From positions 36,892,001 through 36,956,000 of the forward strand of contig CM097885.1 in NCBI GenBank assembly GCA_044892525.1: a stretch of 64,000 bases of DNA, written 5' to 3'. The notes below the pieces were generated by a model, which had not been told where the DNA came from, searched no databases, and saw nothing but the letters and a program-made list of their open reading frames with translations. The stretch is from Schmidtea polychroa. Taxonomy: Eukaryota. Positions within the stretch are counted from its first letter, which is position 1; each line of letters begins with the position of its first letter. Below, one piece after another: positions 58,669 to 64,000 of this stretch. The translations under genes and the position numbers were made by a program.

Positions 58669-61660
58669 ATGGAAATCTATATCTCAGACAGCGAAACCAC
58701 AAAACACCAACTACCTGAGGACCTTCTTTTCTCATCTAACATTGAGATGTTGTGGGATTCTGGAGCTTCAATTACAGTGATGAATGAGGAAACATGGCAT
58801 AAAATTGGCAGTCCACGTTTAAGCAGCAGTGAAATCAAAATATGTGGAGTTTTTCCAGGAACTCAAAAATGTAAAGTAAATGTAAAGTAAATGTTTATTG
58901 GTACAATAAGATGAGGACTATCAAAATAATTGTTATTAAAAATATATTTCCAGGTTTCATTGGTGGGATAAATACTTTGAAAGCATTTGGAGTGCAGTTG
59001 ATGGAATTTAACAATATCGAATCCGAAAATTAGCAATTATACTGATGACGAGAGAAGACAAAAAGCAAAAAAGGAATTGGGAAGAAATGAATTTCCAACA
59101 ATTAACAAATTATTAGATGAATTCGGGTCAATATTTATGGCAGCCAGATTTGATTTAGGATTCACAAGAATCGTAGAGCACGAAATTAATACATCTGGGA
59201 ATCCAACAATGCAATTTCCAAGACGACAACCGATGCAACAGAAAATTGACGACATGATAAAAGAGTTAAAAAAAGCTGGAGTTATAAGACGCTGTAAAAG
59301 TCCATGGAGCTCCCCATTGGTTGTGGTAGGAAAGAAGACGACTCAATAAGAATGTGCGTAGATTGTCGAGAGTTGAATAAGATGACAGAAAGAGAATCTT
59401 TTCATATGCCCAACATATCCCAATTACTCGATAACCTATCAGGATCTAAATTCTTTACTTCTTTAGATCTTGGACAAGCATACTATCAGGTCGCATTAGC
59501 AGAAGAAGCACAAGAAAAAACGGCTTTTAGTTCCAAAGAAGGTCAATTTTGTTTCAATTGACTTCCATTTGGATTATCAACGGCTCCAGCAACATTTCAG
59601 CGATTAATGCACACGATGTTAGAGGGTATATTGTTTAATGAAGCAATTGTTTATTTAGACGATATTCTGGTATATGGCAAGGACCAGTCTGAACATGATG
59701 AGCGATTGCGAGAAGTTTTCAAAAGAATAACAAAAACAGGACTAAGAATAAATCCGGAGAAGTGCGAAATTTACAAAACCAAATTAAAATTCCTTGGCCA
59801 CACCGTCAGTGAAGATGGAATACAGACAAATTCAGGGAAGATCAAGTCAATTACAGAAGCGACGAAACCACAGTGTGCTAAACAACTTTGATCTTTTCTA
59901 GGTTTGACAAATTACTATAGACGATTTGTCAAAGATTATGCTAAAATAGCAGCACCCCTAAACAACTTAAAGAAGCCTTAACACAAGCACCTATTTTTGA
60001 TTTTCCTCGTATAGACCGTAAATTAATTTTGGATACTGATGCCAGTTTTGAAGCTATTAAAGGAGTGTTGAGTCAAATAAAAGAAGACGGTTCAGAAGTA
60101 GTTATCGCATACGGTTCAAGAAATCTGACGGCCCATGAAAAGGGATACTGCGTAACGAGGAAAGAGTTATTGGCATTGCATGAATATGTTTTATATTTTA
60201 GACAGTATTTATACGGGAAAGAATTCGTGGCTCGAACAGATCACAAAGCTTTAGTATTTATGAACACGAATAAAAAAGCAATAAGTCCACAATTTCAGAC
60301 ATGGATGGCTAATCTATCGGAATACAATTTCCAATTGAAATACCGGAAAGGTGAAGAACATGCAAACGCAGATGGATTATCAAGGATCGAGGGTCGTTTA
60401 TGTGCACAGTGTCAGACAACACATGTACAACATAAACAAGAAAGGTCAAGAGTAAGATATATCAATTTGATACAAAAAACACAGACAATGTTAGAAATTA
60501 TGGAAGAACAGAAGAAAGATAAATTGTTCCATGAAGTGATGGAAATTCTTAAGAACCAGATAGATTTTCGGAAGGAATCGTTTCTAAATAGTTTTTTATT
60601 CAGATATAAAGATCGGTTAAAGATATCGGATGATATGCTTGTATTGGAATCAGACAAAATAGATCTAGTGATAATCCCAAAAAGCTATCAATCTAAACTA
60701 GTGATTAAAATACATGAAGATTTATGTCACGTTGGAATTAAGAAACTGTTTCATTATTTGGAAGGGAATTTTTTCTGGCCGAAAATGCAAGAAAGCGTTA
60801 AAGAGATAGTAAAATGATGTGTCACATGTGCAAGAAGGAAAATAGACCAAGGGAGGACAAAGGAAATTTTAATTCCACACGAAAGTTCTGAATTTCTAGA
60901 ACAGATTGTGATGGATGTTGCTTTCATGGAGAGAACTTCAACCGACAAAAAGTATGTTATCGTTATTATTGATAGGTTTAGCATATTAGTAAGTCTAACC
61001 GCTACAGCAAACCAAGATGAATAAACTATTTTGAAGACGCTAATGAACAATAAAGTATATTGATAGACAGAGGGCGAAATTTTGAAAGCAAATATTTTAA
61101 GGAAAAATTAGAACAACTTGGAATAAAGCAAGAATTCGCCTCGCCATATCAACATCAGTCGAATGGCTTAGTGGAAAGAGCTATCAGAACAATGAGAGAT
61201 TTACTTGTGACTACGATGAAAGGGGGCTGTGCTGAAAAACAGTGGCACGAACTGCTGCCCCGAATTGAATTCTGTATAAATGCAAGTTATCAAAGTTCTA
61301 CAAAATATTCACCATTTGAGATAGTATATGGACGGAAAATAACGTTACACGCTAATTCTAGACTCAAACATCAAGTACACGATATTTCGGAAGAAGCACA
61401 AAAGAATAACAAGCAAGCTATTCGAAAAAAACAAACGAATTAAACGACATTTTGAAGTGGGGGAGGAGGTACTAGTAAAACGAGAACCACAAAGAAGAAA
61501 CAAAAATGATATTCAATATGATGGTCCATATAAAATTCTTAGATTTGTTTCAGATCATCAAGTTGAATTGCAATATCCAGATACGACGCGGCTTCGACGA
61601 ATCGAATGGTTAAAGAGATGGCATCAATCTTATAAAGCGGAGAGTAATGATATTACATAA
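58669..61660 (+). mobile_element. Decayed Ty3/Gypsy pol (PR-RT-RH-IN)
   Basis: LWDSGAS protease, SPWSSP / RMCVD / YLDD RT, DTDAS RNase H, HxxxxHVG..CxxC integrase and GPY motif; several stops and frameshifts; paired LTRs not seen. Confidence 0.93.
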
Positions 61661-61740
61661 GAGGCCAAGGACCAAATGTGAAGCAGTTCAGAGTATATTG
61701 CGCAATTGAATACAATGTGTTAGTTATTACGCAATATAAA

Positions 61741-63715
61741 AAAAAAATCAAATTTTATTTTAATCAAAACGCGGGCCACAAGGCCAAGAAGGGGAGATCG
61801 ATTCTCACCCTTAAGAATTCTGCAGCTTTTAATCAAATATTCGAAGGATATCAGAGTTATAAACTCCGATATCAGAACGTGGTTTTCCCTGAAAACTCCA
61901 GTCAGGTTTTTTGAGGGGATCCTTTCTGAAGCTCCTGGCAATTGATCATTCTCTTTTAAGGTAAGCATCATTGGGCAGAGTAGGGGATAATCATGGCTAA
62001 TCATGAACATGATCAGCCATGGCCCATATAGATGCACCTGGCAATCATTCATTGGAGGTTGATTAGGAGAGGCAGAGCGAGTCCATCCTCTGTCAGGTGA
62101 GTTTCAGTTTCCGCCGGATCCAATTGAATTCTGTGGAGGTGTTCCAATCAGGTCCAATCAGGTCCAATCATGTCAGGACGGACTTTCAGACGTATTTTCA
62201 GGTAGTAATTTTTGGAATGTTATTTGATTCCGCCGGATCCAATTGAATTCTGACGAGGTGCTCCAATCAGGTCTGGACGGATTTCATATATTTGATTAGG
62301 AGAGGCAGAGCAAGTCTATCCTCTGTCAGTTTGAGTTTCTGCTGGATCTAATTGGAGGAGAAATTCCAATCAGGTCAGGATGGACAGTTCCAGCTTCAGT
62401 GTTATAAATGGAATGGTTCTGAAGGAAATGGTTAATTTTTTTCGGAGTAGAAAGACTCCTATTGGTGATATTTGTAGCGTTGGATAATTTAATTATATAT
62501 AATATAGCATATAGAATGTTAAAGATATGAGAAAGATATAATAGACATTAGATAAAAAAAAAGGATTAACTGTCAATGGGCGGGATCCATACAAGGATCC
62601 CTACAAGTACCCAATGACAGTTGGGTAAGGAGACCTAATGTCTCCTTTTTTTCTTTTTTTACCATTGTTCTTTGGTATTTCTCGTTCAGGCAAATTTATA
62701 GGATTGTCAGTTGAGTTAATAAACATATTAGATTGGTCTATGACATCAGGATTTAGGTTTTCGGACAAGTGAGAGTATGCCGTGCTGACAGATGAGATAA
62801 TTTTGGCAGCTAATTGTGGGTCTGGTAGTGACGAATTGATGTCCCTGTGACTATGGAAGGCAGACATAATCACATCAATTTGGTTCATATGTTCAGGAGT
62901 TAGGGGTCCAGATATGCTTTGGGCTGAAGTTATCAATTCTTAATTTTATTGATCTGTATAATCGGAGGACGAAAAAAATTTTTAGCGTGGTCATTGGATC
63001 TGAAATTATTTTTAGAATATTCAAACAAATTACTCCGAATTTGTTTTTTCTTTAATTTTTTACGTTTTTTATATTTAGAATTTTTAGATTTAATTATAAA
63101 ATCATTAAAAAACCAATTATCATGCTTTTTTTCAAAAAATGTATTCACGTTTTTATTTTTTAAAGCTTGTTTTTTAATAAAAATTTCATTACTTTTATTA
63201 ATTTTATAGAGTATATTTTTAAGATTAAGATTTTCATTAAAATTAGTATTTTCATTAAAATAATGATTTTCTTTTGAATTAGGATTTATTTTAGAATTAA
63301 CATTTTTCTTAAAAAAAGCATGTTTTCCGAAGGAATTAATATTAAAAGAATGGGAAAAATTAAGGTAGTTTTGATCATAAGTTACGTTTGAGTGCCATAT
63401 TTTTATAGCTGTTTCGAAAGCATCTAGGAATTCAATATGCTGCTCTCGGACCAAGTTTTCAATAGTAAAACATCCAGAGATAATATCGTCGGCATATTTG
63501 AACGTATTATGGCTTATTTCCCGAATATTGGAGCCAACACAGTCCCAGCATGCTTTTCGGAGATCCTTCGACATTTCAATGGTTCCTGAAAAAAAGTTAA
63601 TAAGCTGAAAAGCAATAAAAAACTCATTGATTTCTGCCCCAGTGCTAGTGAATGTTATATGGAGTAATTCTACTAAGCTCTGAGGACTTTTACCAAAAAT
63701 CTTTAGCGTGGTCAT
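61741..63715 (-). mobile_element. Unclassified repeat with ORFs 62933-63715 and 62601-62936, probably retroelement-associated
   Basis: Its end motif recurs at ~40636-40715 and ~42755-42835; an adjacent + strand fragment at ~63805-63885 (LNHCPAKANARRKKHRYVL) resembles the RLE knuckle at 40230-40635. Confidence 0.4.
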
Positions 63716-63885
63716 TGGATCACTATTGGATTACTATTTAAGAGTGATCACTCTGTGTTAATATTAATAAATCTTTAGATGAAACCAATTGTTGTAACTG
63801 GCGACTTAATCATTGCCCAGCGAAAGCTAATGCACGCAGAAAGAAACACAGATATGTCCTGCAAACAGTGTCAGAATACCTACTC

Positions 63886-64000
63886 AGTAGGTAGTTAGGA
63901 GCCCGCTGGAACAATTGGGCGGTACCCCCCCCACCTGTTCCACGATTTTTTTTGTTCCACGATTTTTTTGTTCCACGATTTTATTACGCAATTGTTCCAC
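63886..64000 (+). mobile_element. Left terminus of a second AGTAGGTAG-ended (Polinton-like) element, continuing beyond the window
   Basis: First 17 nt match the reverse complement of the 34298 terminus at 15/17; shared ATTACGCAATT; tandem TGTTCCACGATTTT units. Confidence 0.65.

Noticed and set aside
62933..63715. YADD in the 260-aa ORF as an RT active site
   Set aside because: No upstream QG..LSP or other RT blocks; probably coincidental.

Overview
Very AT-rich eukaryotic (metazoan-type) genomic DNA, mostly nested transposable elements. Its ~43-45-nt spliceosomal introns, (AAT)n/(TA)n tracts and element types would fit a flatworm such as a planarian, but the organism is inferred only. The left half (<1-34298) is one giant palindrome: left arm <1-~5905, ~0.9 kb spacer, right arm ~6802-34298. 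It ends in a Polinton/Maverick-like CTACCTACT terminus, and both arms carry the same 3.3 kb TA-flanked TIR element. The right arm alone has two later insertions: a hAT derivative with an 8-bp TSD, and an >18 kb LTR retroelement (9106-27546). The retroelement has a CTAG TSD, a 4.9 kb LTR and a tRNA-Pro PBS. Its one long ORF is Gag fused to an internal signal peptide, Cys-repeat ectodomain, TM helix and Tyr-motif tail, with no visible pol; a 500-N gap hides part of the element. The right half holds two probable host genes: an atypical Rho GTPase without CAAX and a double-RING protein. It also has a spliced HTH-only IS630/Tc1-type gene in a TIR element, hAT/piggyBac/Helitron/RLE-LINE/Penelope remnants, intron-containing Polinton-type DNA polymerase B fragments, a decayed Ty3/Gypsy pol, and the start of a second AGTAGGTAG-terminated element at the window end. 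All calls come from reading the sequence by eye; no searches were run.
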